Assembly (NCBI GenBank): GCA_015065385.1
Contig: SVQK01000056.1
Coordinates: 363,264 to 427,263 of the forward strand
Reading direction: 5' to 3'
From: Oscillospiraceae bacterium
GTDB taxonomy: Bacteria > Bacillota > Clostridia > Oscillospirales > CAG-272
DNA length: 64,000 nt
Shown: in pieces, positions 8,546 through 17,287 of the stretch
Numbering within the stretch: the stretch's first letter is position 1
Layout of the letters: each line of letters opens with the position of its first letter
Notes under the pieces: model-generated
What the model was told of the DNA's origin: nothing
The model's database searches: none
What the model saw: only the letters and a program-made list of their open reading frames with translations
Translations under genes and position numbers: made by a program

Positions 8546-10873
8546 ATGAAGAACCGTTCCAACTTTACAATTATCATATTGATTTTGTTGTCCATTGTTT
8601 TGTCCGGACTTCTGTTCGGATGCCGTGAAAAGACAGCACAGGCCGACAACCACGGCGACGGCTGGCTGACGCACGTTTTCCGGGGGACGGAGTTTTCTCT
8701 GCCAGGGAATTATTCCGTCATTGCCGCGGACTATGACCCGGAAAGGGCTGTGCTCCGGTGCGCCGTCCTGATCTGGCCGGAGGACGATCCCGCAGCTCCC
8801 TTGACCTATGCTTCCCTCGAAATGACGGAGGAGGGCATTTCAGCCTCGCTGCCCATCGACCTCGGGGATGGACACTCCGTCAAAAGCGCGGTCTATGTCG
8901 GCGACTCGCTCTTCATGATTTTGCCGGACGGCTCCGATGAAAAACTGAAACGGTTCGATCTCAAAACGGGCGAAACGGGTGAGGGGATCGGCTTGAAGGC
9001 GCTGTTCTCTCTTTCGGGCGGAGACTCCGTTTATACCCAGCACTTCACGGCGGATTCGAAGGGCAATCTCTATCTTTATACGTTTCCGCAAATCCTCATT
9101 CTTTCGCCGGAGGCTCAGCGTCTCGGGCTCGTACAGATCGAGAGCCTGAACGGGCTGTCGGCGGATGGCGAGGGGCGCGTCTGGGCTTGGGGACGGTTCA
9201 ATGAACGGCTGTCCATGGCGGAGGTAATCCCCGGAAACAGTCGAATCGGAGAACCGATCCCCCTTCCAAACGGCACGCGGAACATCTTCTTCGCGCCCGG
9301 ACACGGCCTCTATGTCATGACGGGCAGCGGGATCGACGGATATGCGTTTGACGAGAGCGGAAAACTGTCCGAAACAGGTGAGCCGGTCGTGAGCTTCGCC
9401 AATTCCGATATCGGACTGGCGACGACGGACGTCCTTTCGATTCTTTCGCCGGAGCTCTTCCTTGCGAAGGAAGGCATAGAGGATCTCAGCCTCACCCACC
9501 CCGTTCTGTACCGGCGTACGGAGGACATCGATCTCTCAAATATCACAACCGTGCGCGTCGCAGTATCCACGATGAACTCCACCGCAGACACCGTCCGCAT
9601 GAAAGCGGTGCTGTTCAACAAAAGCCACACGGACGTCCGCGCGGTGCTTGACAACTACTCCCCGACGGAGGACGGCCCGAATCTTTTGAACAACGAAAAA
9701 CGTCTCGCCCTCGAGCTCACGACAGGAACATACAAGCCCGATCTGGTGATCTGTATGCAGGACGGTCCGGTCTTCAAAATCGGAGCGGATCACGGTCTTT
9801 TCCGCGATCTCACTTCCTTCACCGAACGCCCCGGGATCCTCAACCGAGACAACCTCCTCGGCTGTGTGAAACGGATCTACACGGATAAGGACGGGCGTCT
9901 CTTTGCGCTGACGGATAGGCTTTATGAAATGGGGATCGAGACGATCCTCGCCGCGACGAAAATGCTGGGACAATACGCGGACAAGGGGTCGTGGACGCTC
10001 GGGGAATTCCTCGATTTCGCCGAAAGCCTTCCGGAAGACATGGTGCTGATGGAAAACCTCACAAGGGAATCCGCGCCGCAGAAACTGCTCGGAGCGGAGG
10101 GGTACGCCGCGTTCATCGACATGGAGAACGGAACCTGTTCCTTCGACGACGGGGTATTTACCCGGTATCTTCGGTTCCTTGCCTCTCTGCCGACGCGGGA
10201 GGAATACAGAGCGCATTCGCCCTATGATCTGGCCAGTCTCGGTAAGGCCGACAAATTCCCCTATTACCGGGACGGAAAAATCGTGCTCGCGTCGGTGAAT
10301 CTGTACAGTCTGCCCTCATTCATCGAGGTAGAAGCTATCCTCGGAACAAAGGACTGGGGGATCATCGGCAAGCCCGCAAGCTCCGGTTACGGAACGCCGA
10401 TCGAAGGGCGCGCGGTGTTTGCCGTGACGGCGGCGGACGAGGGACAGGCGGAGGCGGCGTGGGAGGTGTTGGAAGCACTCATGACCCCGGCTCGGATCGA
10501 CCGGTACAGCGGCGGCCTTCCTGCGTTCGTCGATGTGTTCGAATCCGATCTGAACGATCTTTTGGAGAAAAAGTTCTATATCGGATACGGCGGCAGCGGA
10601 ACAAGCACGGCGTCGAAGGATTATGAGTGGACGGAAGATTATAAGCGGAATAATCCCGGCTTCGAGACCGCTTTGACCGAAGAAGACGCCAACCGTCTGC
10701 GGGATCTCTTCGAGAACCGGCTCGGTGTTCCGTACGATCCGGCGGTGAGCGAGGATGTAGTGGAAATCGTAAATGAGGAGGTTTCCGCTTTCCTCGGCGG
10801 CGTCGGTTCGGCTGAGGACTGCGCGGAGAAGATTCAGTCCCGCGTGTCGATCTGGCTGGCTGAGAACCGGTAA
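8546..10873 (+). CDS. Large lipoprotein: N-terminal beta-propeller-like region plus extracellular solute-binding-protein-like domain
   Basis: LLFGC lipobox; FNKSHTDVRAVLDNY and WTLGEFLD are SBP-like; C-terminal KIQSRVSIWLAE. Confidence 0.75.
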   Translation: MKNRSNFTIIILILLSIVLSGLLFGCREKTAQADNHGDGWLTHVFRGTEFSLPGNYSVIAADYDPERAVLRCAVLIWPEDDPAAPLTYASLEMTEEGISASLPIDLGDGHSVKSAVYVGDSLFMILPDGSDEKLKRFDLKTGETGEGIGLKALFSLSGGDSVYTQHFTADSKGNLYLYTFPQILILSPEAQRLGLVQIESLNGLSADGEGRVWAWGRFNERLSMAEVIPGNSRIGEPIPLPNGTRNIFFAPGHGLYVMTGSGIDGYAFDESGKLSETGEPVVSFANSDIGLATTDVLSILSPELFLAKEGIEDLSLTHPVLYRRTEDIDLSNITTVRVAVSTMNSTADTVRMKAVLFNKSHTDVRAVLDNYSPTEDGPNLLNNEKRLALELTTGTYKPDLVICMQDGPVFKIGADHGLFRDLTSFTERPGILNRDNLLGCVKRIYTDKDGRLFALTDRLYEMGIETILAATKMLGQYADKGSWTLGEFLDFAESLPEDMVLMENLTRESAPQKLLGAEGYAAFIDMENGTCSFDDGVFTRYLRFLASLPTREEYRAHSPYDLASLGKADKFPYYRDGKIVLASVNLYSLPSFIEVEAILGTKDWGIIGKPASSGYGTPIEGRAVFAVTAADEGQAEAAWEVLEALMTPARIDRYSGGLPAFVDVFESDLNDLLEKKFYIGYGGSGTSTASKDYEWTEDYKRNNPGFETALTEEDANRLRDLFENRLGVPYDPAVSEDVVEIVNEEVSAFLGGVGSAEDCAEKIQSRVSIWLAENR

Positions 10874-10968
10874 CGGCCTCCTCCCCGTTATCCGTTTATC
10901 TCCGGACTTCCACACGGTCGGAGCATTCAGCGGGGAGTGGCAAAAATCATCTTTATTGCTCCCCGCTC

Positions 10969-10997
10969 TTGCATTTCCGGGCGAACTCCTGTAAAAT
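10969..10997 (+). promoter_or_regulatory. Probable sigmaA promoter
   Basis: TTGCAT, 17 nt spacer, TAAAAT. Confidence 0.55.
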
Positions 10998-11032
10998 AGA
11001 GGCAGAAATCACGATCTTGCGAGGAATCAGGT

Positions 11033-12064
11033 ATGACACAACGTGAAAACATGCTCCGCGTGATCCGCTTCGAGCGTCCCGACTATATTCCGATCGTTTT
11101 CGCCGTCAACGCTTCGGTATTCAGCCACTACGACCCGCGTGCCGTCGAAGAGCTGCTCGAATCCCATCCCATCATCGCGGGAAAAGACCGGATGCGCTGG
11201 GATCTCGTTCCGAAGGAAGGGGACAAGGTGGACGAGGACGTCGTCTATTACGACGAATTCGGCGTGGAGTGGAAGGGAGCCATCGACGGGATCCGCGGCG
11301 TGATCCAGAAGCACCCGCTCGAGGATTTTTCGAAAATCCGCGATTACAAATTCCCCGGGATTCCCGACTTTAACCTTGAAGCAGACCGGAAGAATGTCGC
11401 TGCCGCGAAGAACGGAGGTCACTTTACCGCTGCCAGTCTTCCGCACGGACATACCTTCCTCCGGCTCACCGATCTCTGCGGCTTCGAAAACGTCCTCATG
11501 GGCATGGCGGACGAAGACGAGGATCTTCTTTATCTGATCCACGAACTCGAGGAGTATAACGCCGCGTTCACCGATCACTGGGCGAAAGTAGGGTTCGACA
11601 TGATTTCCTATCCTGAGGATCTCGGCATGCAGATCGGGCCGATGATCTCGCCCGCCCTGTTCCGGAAGTTCATCAAGCCGTCGTATCAGCGGCTCATGAA
11701 GCCCGCCCGGGACGCCGGCGCCGTTATCCACATGCACTCAGACGGCGATATCCGGACTCTCGCGGACGATCTGATCGACGGCGGGGTGGATATATTGAAT
11801 ATTCAGGATCTTGTCAACGGGATCGACTGGATCCGGGAGAAGTTCTTCGGCAAATATGCCCTCGATCTGGATGTGGACCGGCAGAAGGTCACGGTGTTCG
11901 GAACGCCCGCGGAGGTGGACGCGCTGGTCCGGGAGGAGGTCGAAAAGCTGTCCTCCCCGGCGGGCGGGCTCATGATGATCTACGGATGGTACGCCGGAAC
12001 GCCGCTCGACAACGTCAAGGCCCTCATGGACGCGTTTGAAAAGTACATGTATTATTGGGACTGA
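11033..12064 (+). CDS. Uroporphyrinogen decarboxylase / MtaA-CmuA methyltransferase family protein
   Basis: DEFGVEW, EDLGMQIGPMISPALFRKFIKP, HMHSDG, GTPAEV, TPLDNV motifs. Confidence 0.85.
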   Translation: MTQRENMLRVIRFERPDYIPIVFAVNASVFSHYDPRAVEELLESHPIIAGKDRMRWDLVPKEGDKVDEDVVYYDEFGVEWKGAIDGIRGVIQKHPLEDFSKIRDYKFPGIPDFNLEADRKNVAAAKNGGHFTAASLPHGHTFLRLTDLCGFENVLMGMADEDEDLLYLIHELEEYNAAFTDHWAKVGFDMISYPEDLGMQIGPMISPALFRKFIKPSYQRLMKPARDAGAVIHMHSDGDIRTLADDLIDGGVDILNIQDLVNGIDWIREKFFGKYALDLDVDRQKVTVFGTPAEVDALVREEVEKLSSPAGGLMMIYGWYAGTPLDNVKALMDAFEKYMYYWD

Positions 12065-12174
12065 TCCGCGCGAAACGGACAGAAACCGCCGGTACAGACT
12101 CAGATCAAGGATTGTTTCGCCGGGGAGACCGCGCGCAATTTTGACGATGTTGTCTGTTCAACGCTTCGGATACC

Positions 12175-12203
12175 TTGACAGAGAGCCATTTTTGTGATAG
12201 AAT
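12175..12203 (+). promoter_or_regulatory. sigmaA promoter
   Basis: TTGACA, 17 nt spacer, TGaTAGAAT. Confidence 0.75.
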
Positions 12204-12264
12204 AATTCGCGCAGTTAAAAAACACTCTTCACAAAATGAATGACAGCAAGGAGAACGTTCACTT

Positions 12265-13779
12265 ATGAACAGAACCAGAATCACGGCCGGCGCGCTTGCC
12301 CTGCTGACGCTGGCGCAGCTTTCCCTCAGCGCGTGCTCGAACAAGGGAACGGGCGCCGAAGAGGAGCAGAAGAGCGAAGCGTCCAATCCCTCAGCTAACG
12401 TGAGTCAGGAAGAACAGGAGCAGGAGACGCGCATCGATCCGGGCCTTCCCGAAAAGGATTTCGGCGGCTACGACTTCCGCATGCTCGGCAAGGGGACCAG
12501 CAATTCCCACTGGAAAAGCATGGACCTCACCGCCGAGGAGCTCACCGGCGACGCCATCAACGACGCGGTGTTCCAGCGGAACGCCACCGTATCCGACCGC
12601 TACAACGTGAAATTCGTCGAGTACGCCGTGGGCGACTATTTCAATCAGGGCAAGGAATTCACGAACAGCGTCCTTTCCAACGCCGACGACTACGATATGG
12701 CCGCTCTGAAACCGGACGGAGTCGTCTCCTCCTTCATTTCCAACGGCTATGTCATCGAACTGGGGACGGTTCCTTACCTGAATCTCTCCCAGCCGTGGTA
12801 CGATCAGAACATGATCCGCCAGATGTCCCTCGACGGCAAGGTCTTCCTCGTCATGGGCGACATGCTGACGATGGACAACGACGCCATCGGCGCGGTCTTC
12901 TTCAACAAGAAGCTGGCGGGGAACTATAACCTCGAAAACCTCTATACCCTCGTGGACGAAGGACGCTGGACCATCGACAAGATGACCGAATTCTCCGAGG
13001 TTGCCGCTCAGGATATCAACGGCGACGGCGCGATGAAGCCTATGGACGACGTATGGGGCGCCCTGACCGAATACTCCACCACCTTCGCTCTGAACAGCGG
13101 CGCGGGCGTCACGATGATCTCGAAGGACGAGAACGACCTTCCGATCGTTTCCGCGGGCGACGAGCGGTACGCCAACATGTACGAAAAGGTCCTGAAGCTG
13201 CAGAACAACTGGGATATCGCGCTCTACGCGGAAGCCGTCGGCGGCTACAGCGACGTCTGGGCGGAGTGTCTCGACGTGATCTTCGAGTCCGACCGCGCGC
13301 TCTTCAATATCTGCTGGATGAACCGCGCGTCCCTCTTCCGCAACATGGAGACCGACTTCGGCATCATTCCGCTGCCCAAGTACGACGAGGGACAGGACAG
13401 CTATCACAGCTTCGTGTCCATGTACTGCGCGAACAGCATCGAGATCCCGAAGACCGCGCCCGACCTCGAGCGGACGGGCATCATCATCGAGGCACTGTCC
13501 TGCGAATCGAAATACCTGCTCACTCCCGCGTACTACGACAAGACTCTGAAGAGCAAGGAATCCCGCGATGAGGAATCCTCCCGGATGCTGGACGTCATCT
13601 TCGCCACGACGATCTATGACCTCGGCTATATGTTCAACTGGGGCGGGATCTGCTCCGCGGTTGGCAGCATGGTCGGAAAAGCCGGCGGGGATATCAGCGG
13701 ATACGCCTCCGCGCTCCAGAGAAGCAACAAGTCCATCACGAAGAACATCGAAAAGGATATGAAGGCCATCCGCGAATAA
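12265..13779 (+). CDS. Extracellular solute-binding lipoprotein (family 1-like, probably carbohydrate)
   Basis: LSLSAC lipobox; GDAINDAVFQRN, FFNKKL, GRWTID, DINGDG, FGIIPLPKYDE. Confidence 0.85.
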   Translation: MNRTRITAGALALLTLAQLSLSACSNKGTGAEEEQKSEASNPSANVSQEEQEQETRIDPGLPEKDFGGYDFRMLGKGTSNSHWKSMDLTAEELTGDAINDAVFQRNATVSDRYNVKFVEYAVGDYFNQGKEFTNSVLSNADDYDMAALKPDGVVSSFISNGYVIELGTVPYLNLSQPWYDQNMIRQMSLDGKVFLVMGDMLTMDNDAIGAVFFNKKLAGNYNLENLYTLVDEGRWTIDKMTEFSEVAAQDINGDGAMKPMDDVWGALTEYSTTFALNSGAGVTMISKDENDLPIVSAGDERYANMYEKVLKLQNNWDIALYAEAVGGYSDVWAECLDVIFESDRALFNICWMNRASLFRNMETDFGIIPLPKYDEGQDSYHSFVSMYCANSIEIPKTAPDLERTGIIIEALSCESKYLLTPAYYDKTLKSKESRDEESSRMLDVIFATTIYDLGYMFNWGGICSAVGSMVGKAGGDISGYASALQRSNKSITKNIEKDMKAIRE

Positions 13780-13820
13780 ATAGCGTCTGTCCGGGAACGG
13801 CGGGCAAACGCCGAAACGAC

Positions 13821-13852
13821 CCGCAGCTGATCGAGCGTCAACTGCGGTTTTT
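13821..13852 (+). terminator. Intrinsic terminator
   Basis: CCGCAG...CTGCGG stem plus TTTTT. Confidence 0.65.
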
Positions 13853-14071
13853 GTTGACCGGATCGCGGCAGAGCGGGGAAGTTTTTCTCTCTCCGCTCTC
13901 TTCCGATGCAGATTTGTTCATAAAAACCTGATACAATCATAGCGGAACAGGACCGTGCGGAGACCGGCAGGAGCGCGTTGCTTATCCGAACCCTTCCGCC
14001 TTCCCGCAAGTCCGCCGGGCACAGCAGGAAAACAATACTAAATCAAAAATAATTAAATGAGGTGTATCATC

Positions 14072-15838
14072 ATGACGATTCCGAGACCCGAGCATCCCCG
14101 TCCGCAGTTTGTCCGAGATACATGGGCGAATCTCAACGGAATCTGGGATTTTCTCTTTGACTTCGGCAACTCCGGCATGGACCGGGAGTTCTGGAAGGAC
14201 GAAGCGTTTGACGGGGCGATGAAGGATTCCCGCATGCCCACGTCCATCACCGTCCCGTTCTGCCCGGAGAGCCGCCTGTCCGGCATCGGCTATACCGACT
14301 GGATCGCGGCTGTCTGGTACCGCCGAACCTTTTCCCTGAACGAAGCGCAGACCGCAGGGCGCGTGCTCCTGCATTTCGGAGCGGTGGATTATCATTCCGT
14401 CGTGTGGATCAACGGAAGAAAAGCCGGGGAGCACAAGGGCGGCTATTCCTCCTTCTCCTTCGATATCACCGCGTTTGTGAATCAGGGAGAGAATACCGTG
14501 ACCGTGTACGCCGAGGACGACAACCGGAGCGGGAAGCAGCCCGTCGGCAAGCAGTCCACGAAATATCAGAGCCATGCGTGCAGCTACACGCGTACCACGG
14601 GGATCTGGCAGACGGTCTGGCTGGAGTTCACGCCGAAAAACGCGATTTCCTACGCGAAAATCACCCCGTACGTCCCCGCCCGCGCCGCGCTCATCGACGT
14701 CGAGGTCACCGGAGGCGCGAGCGTCACGGCGGAGGCGTTCTACGACGGACGGCTCGTGGGAAAAGCGTCCGCGAAACCGGTCTACGGGTTGGCGCATCTT
14801 GCGCTGCAGCTGGGCGAGCTACATCTCTGGGACGCCGGTCAGCCGGAGTTGTACGATCTCGTCCTCACGCTGGACGGCGCGGATACGGTGAAGAGCTATT
14901 TCGGCATGCGGTCTGTGGAGCTGGACAAGAACGGACTGCGGCTCAACGGGCGTCCCGTCTTCATGCGCACCGTGCTCGATCAGGGCTTCAATCCGGAAGG
15001 CGTTTACACGGCGCCGGACGACGAATTCCTGCGCCGCGATATCGAGCTCTCCATGGATCTCGGCATGAACGGAGCGCGCCTGCACCAGCGGGTTTTCGAG
15101 GAGCGGTTCCTCTATTGGGCGGATCATCTCGGGTATCTCGTCTGGGGCGAATACGCCGACGGGCACAGGCTGAACGACGCGGACGGGATTGCGAACTTTC
15201 TGCCTGAATGGATGGAGACGGTCCGGCGGGACTACTCCCATCCCGCGATCATCGGATGGTGCCCCGAGAACGAGTCTTACTGGTGCCATGACGTCAACCC
15301 GATCTGTCAGACCGCCTATTACGATGTGACGAAGGCGATGGATCCGACCCGCCCGGTGATCGACGCATCCGGCGGCGTGCATTTCAAAACGGATATGTTC
15401 GATATCCACGACTACGAGCAGGATCCGGTCCGCTTGAAGGCCAGCCTCGACAAGATGCTCGAGGATCCCATGTACGCCCACAATCCAATCCATCAGGAAC
15501 AGCTTCGCCTGCATGTGTACGAAGGCCAGCCGTACTGGATCTCCGAATACGGCGGGACCTTCTGGAACCCGGACGAACCCGGCGGATGGGGCTACGGCAA
15601 CGCGCCGAAAACCGAAGAGGAGTTCGCCGCGCGGTATGCCGGACTGACGGGCGTACTTTTGGACAATCCTCGGATCTGCGGCTTCTGCTACACTCAGCTG
15701 ACGGATATCGAGCAGGAGCAGAACGGACTGTACAAATACGACCGGAGCCGTAAATTCTCCGACGCGGTGTACGACGCCATCCGCGAGGCCAACGTCCGCC
15801 GCGCAGCGATGGAAACCGAAGAAGAGAGTGCGGAATAA
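14072..15838 (+). CDS. Glycoside hydrolase family 2 (beta-galactosidase/beta-glucuronidase-like)
   Basis: PRPEHPRPQF, LHFGAVDY, TGIWQTVWLE, HPAIIGWCPENE (acid/base), ISEYGG (nucleophile), YTQLTDIEQE. Confidence 0.92.
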   Translation: MTIPRPEHPRPQFVRDTWANLNGIWDFLFDFGNSGMDREFWKDEAFDGAMKDSRMPTSITVPFCPESRLSGIGYTDWIAAVWYRRTFSLNEAQTAGRVLLHFGAVDYHSVVWINGRKAGEHKGGYSSFSFDITAFVNQGENTVTVYAEDDNRSGKQPVGKQSTKYQSHACSYTRTTGIWQTVWLEFTPKNAISYAKITPYVPARAALIDVEVTGGASVTAEAFYDGRLVGKASAKPVYGLAHLALQLGELHLWDAGQPELYDLVLTLDGADTVKSYFGMRSVELDKNGLRLNGRPVFMRTVLDQGFNPEGVYTAPDDEFLRRDIELSMDLGMNGARLHQRVFEERFLYWADHLGYLVWGEYADGHRLNDADGIANFLPEWMETVRRDYSHPAIIGWCPENESYWCHDVNPICQTAYYDVTKAMDPTRPVIDASGGVHFKTDMFDIHDYEQDPVRLKASLDKMLEDPMYAHNPIHQEQLRLHVYEGQPYWISEYGGTFWNPDEPGGWGYGNAPKTEEEFAARYAGLTGVLLDNPRICGFCYTQLTDIEQEQNGLYKYDRSRKFSDAVYDAIREANVRRAAMETEEESAE

Positions 15839-15854
15839 GCGCAGATGAAACAAG

Positions 15855-15889
15855 AATCCCCCTGACCATCGTCTGGCCGGGGGGATTTT
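15855..15889. terminator. Bidirectional terminator between convergent genes
   Basis: AATCCCCC...GGGGGATT inverted repeat. Confidence 0.7.
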
Positions 15890-15917
15890 GAATGAAATCT
15901 GAGGTATAGAGCCGCGC

Positions 15918-17237
15918 TTACGCTTTCGTTTGGACAAGCTCGACCGTCTCCGGATCCGGGCAGAAGGTGGAGCCCATGTCCGGGAGAAGGGAACGGTAAC
16001 CGTCCGCGGCGTCGTTTTTTTCCGGATACAGCGTTCCATATTCCGCGCGCCATCCGCTTCCGTTCCGCAGTCCGGCGGCGGCGTTGCATTCGATAGCGTT
16101 GACAAGGTCTTCTTTTCGGCAGCTCTCGTTATATAAAACCGCCGTTTCTCCGCCCAGAAGGAGATTGGAGAAAACCCGGTTGTCCCGGCTCCGCTGAACC
16201 GCGATCCCGACGCTGTTGTCCGCAAGGGTGTTGTGATCGAAGGAGCAGGATTCGGTGAAGCCCAGATTCCGCGCGTATCCTCCGAAGCAGAGCCCCGCGA
16301 ACCCGTGACAGCCCGCGATCACGTTGTCGTGGACCCGGACGTCTGTGACCCGGAAGAGCGGGTTGTCGTCCGGGGAGTGTTCCGTCGCCACCTCGATGCC
16401 GATATCGCAGTCGAAGACGAAATTCCGGGCGATCTCGATCCGCTGGCCGCCGTCCACATAGATCCCGCCCGCGCACCGGTCGAATCCGCCGTCCCGGTAA
16501 TAGGCCATGTTGCCTTCGGTGCAGATACGGTACACGATGTTGTCCCTGCATACGCCGTTGCGCACGAAATCATTCTCGTACGGATTCACGCCTGATACAC
16601 TGTCTGGGTGCCGGGCGGTGCCTTCGAACCCGATCATGTCGATCCCGATGTTGTTGTTGTCGTGGATCCGGTTTCCCGCGATGAGGAATCCGTCGATGTT
16701 GCCGTTGATGACAACCGATTCGCTGGATCCGCACATGCAGTCGTACACATGACAGCCTTCAATCGTGAGGTCCCGGACGGGCAGGGTGTCTCGGCGGGCA
16801 TAGACGCAGATCCCGTGAACCCCGCGGACGCCGTGCACGGTGCAGTTTTTCAGCGTGATATGCGCAAGCGGCGCGTCCTCTGCCTCCCGGGTGCTCTCGT
16901 ACCGGATCCCGTGAGTGCCGCCTTCCGTTTCGAGTCCGTCAAGGACGATGTTTCCGACGTTGACAAGATGGATACAGGTGCCGCTCTCGCAGCGAATCAC
17001 GGCTTTCTCACCGTCCGCCGCCCGGATCACCGTGGGGGATTCCTCCGTGCCGGAACAGCGCGGGCCGAGCCGGATCCTGCCGTACGTCCCGCCGTGAACG
17101 AGAATCAGCGAGCCGGGGCAGGCTTCCGCGGCCTTTGACACCGTAGCGAAAGGCGCATCGGGCGCGCCGGTCCCGGTCGTGTCGCTGCCGGCGGGGGAAA
17201 CGTGGATATCAGGCTGTCGGAACGGGACATCCGTCAT
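15918..17237 (-). CDS. Right-handed parallel beta-helix (pectin lyase-like) protein, no obvious signal peptide
   Basis: HVSPAGSD...PFATVSKA N-cap; repeats HDNNNIGID, GGIYVDGG, DIGIEV. Confidence 0.82.
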   Translation of the reverse strand: MTDVPFRQPDIHVSPAGSDTTGTGAPDAPFATVSKAAEACPGSLILVHGGTYGRIRLGPRCSGTEESPTVIRAADGEKAVIRCESGTCIHLVNVGNIVLDGLETEGGTHGIRYESTREAEDAPLAHITLKNCTVHGVRGVHGICVYARRDTLPVRDLTIEGCHVYDCMCGSSESVVINGNIDGFLIAGNRIHDNNNIGIDMIGFEGTARHPDSVSGVNPYENDFVRNGVCRDNIVYRICTEGNMAYYRDGGFDRCAGGIYVDGGQRIEIARNFVFDCDIGIEVATEHSPDDNPLFRVTDVRVHDNVIAGCHGFAGLCFGGYARNLGFTESCSFDHNTLADNSVGIAVQRSRDNRVFSNLLLGGETAVLYNESCRKEDLVNAIECNAAAGLRNGSGWRAEYGTLYPEKNDAADGYRSLLPDMGSTFCPDPETVELVQTKA

Positions 17238-17287
17238 GACGCGCCTCCTGTGCGGTTGGGATTACAGGTCTTTTTATCTGTCTTGTT

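Noticed and set aside
13795-13860. c-di-GMP-I riboswitch-like GGCAAAC...GAAA
   Set aside because: It lacks the downstream GACGCAAA and second-stem consensus, and it lies after a stop codon where a terminator explains the hairpin.
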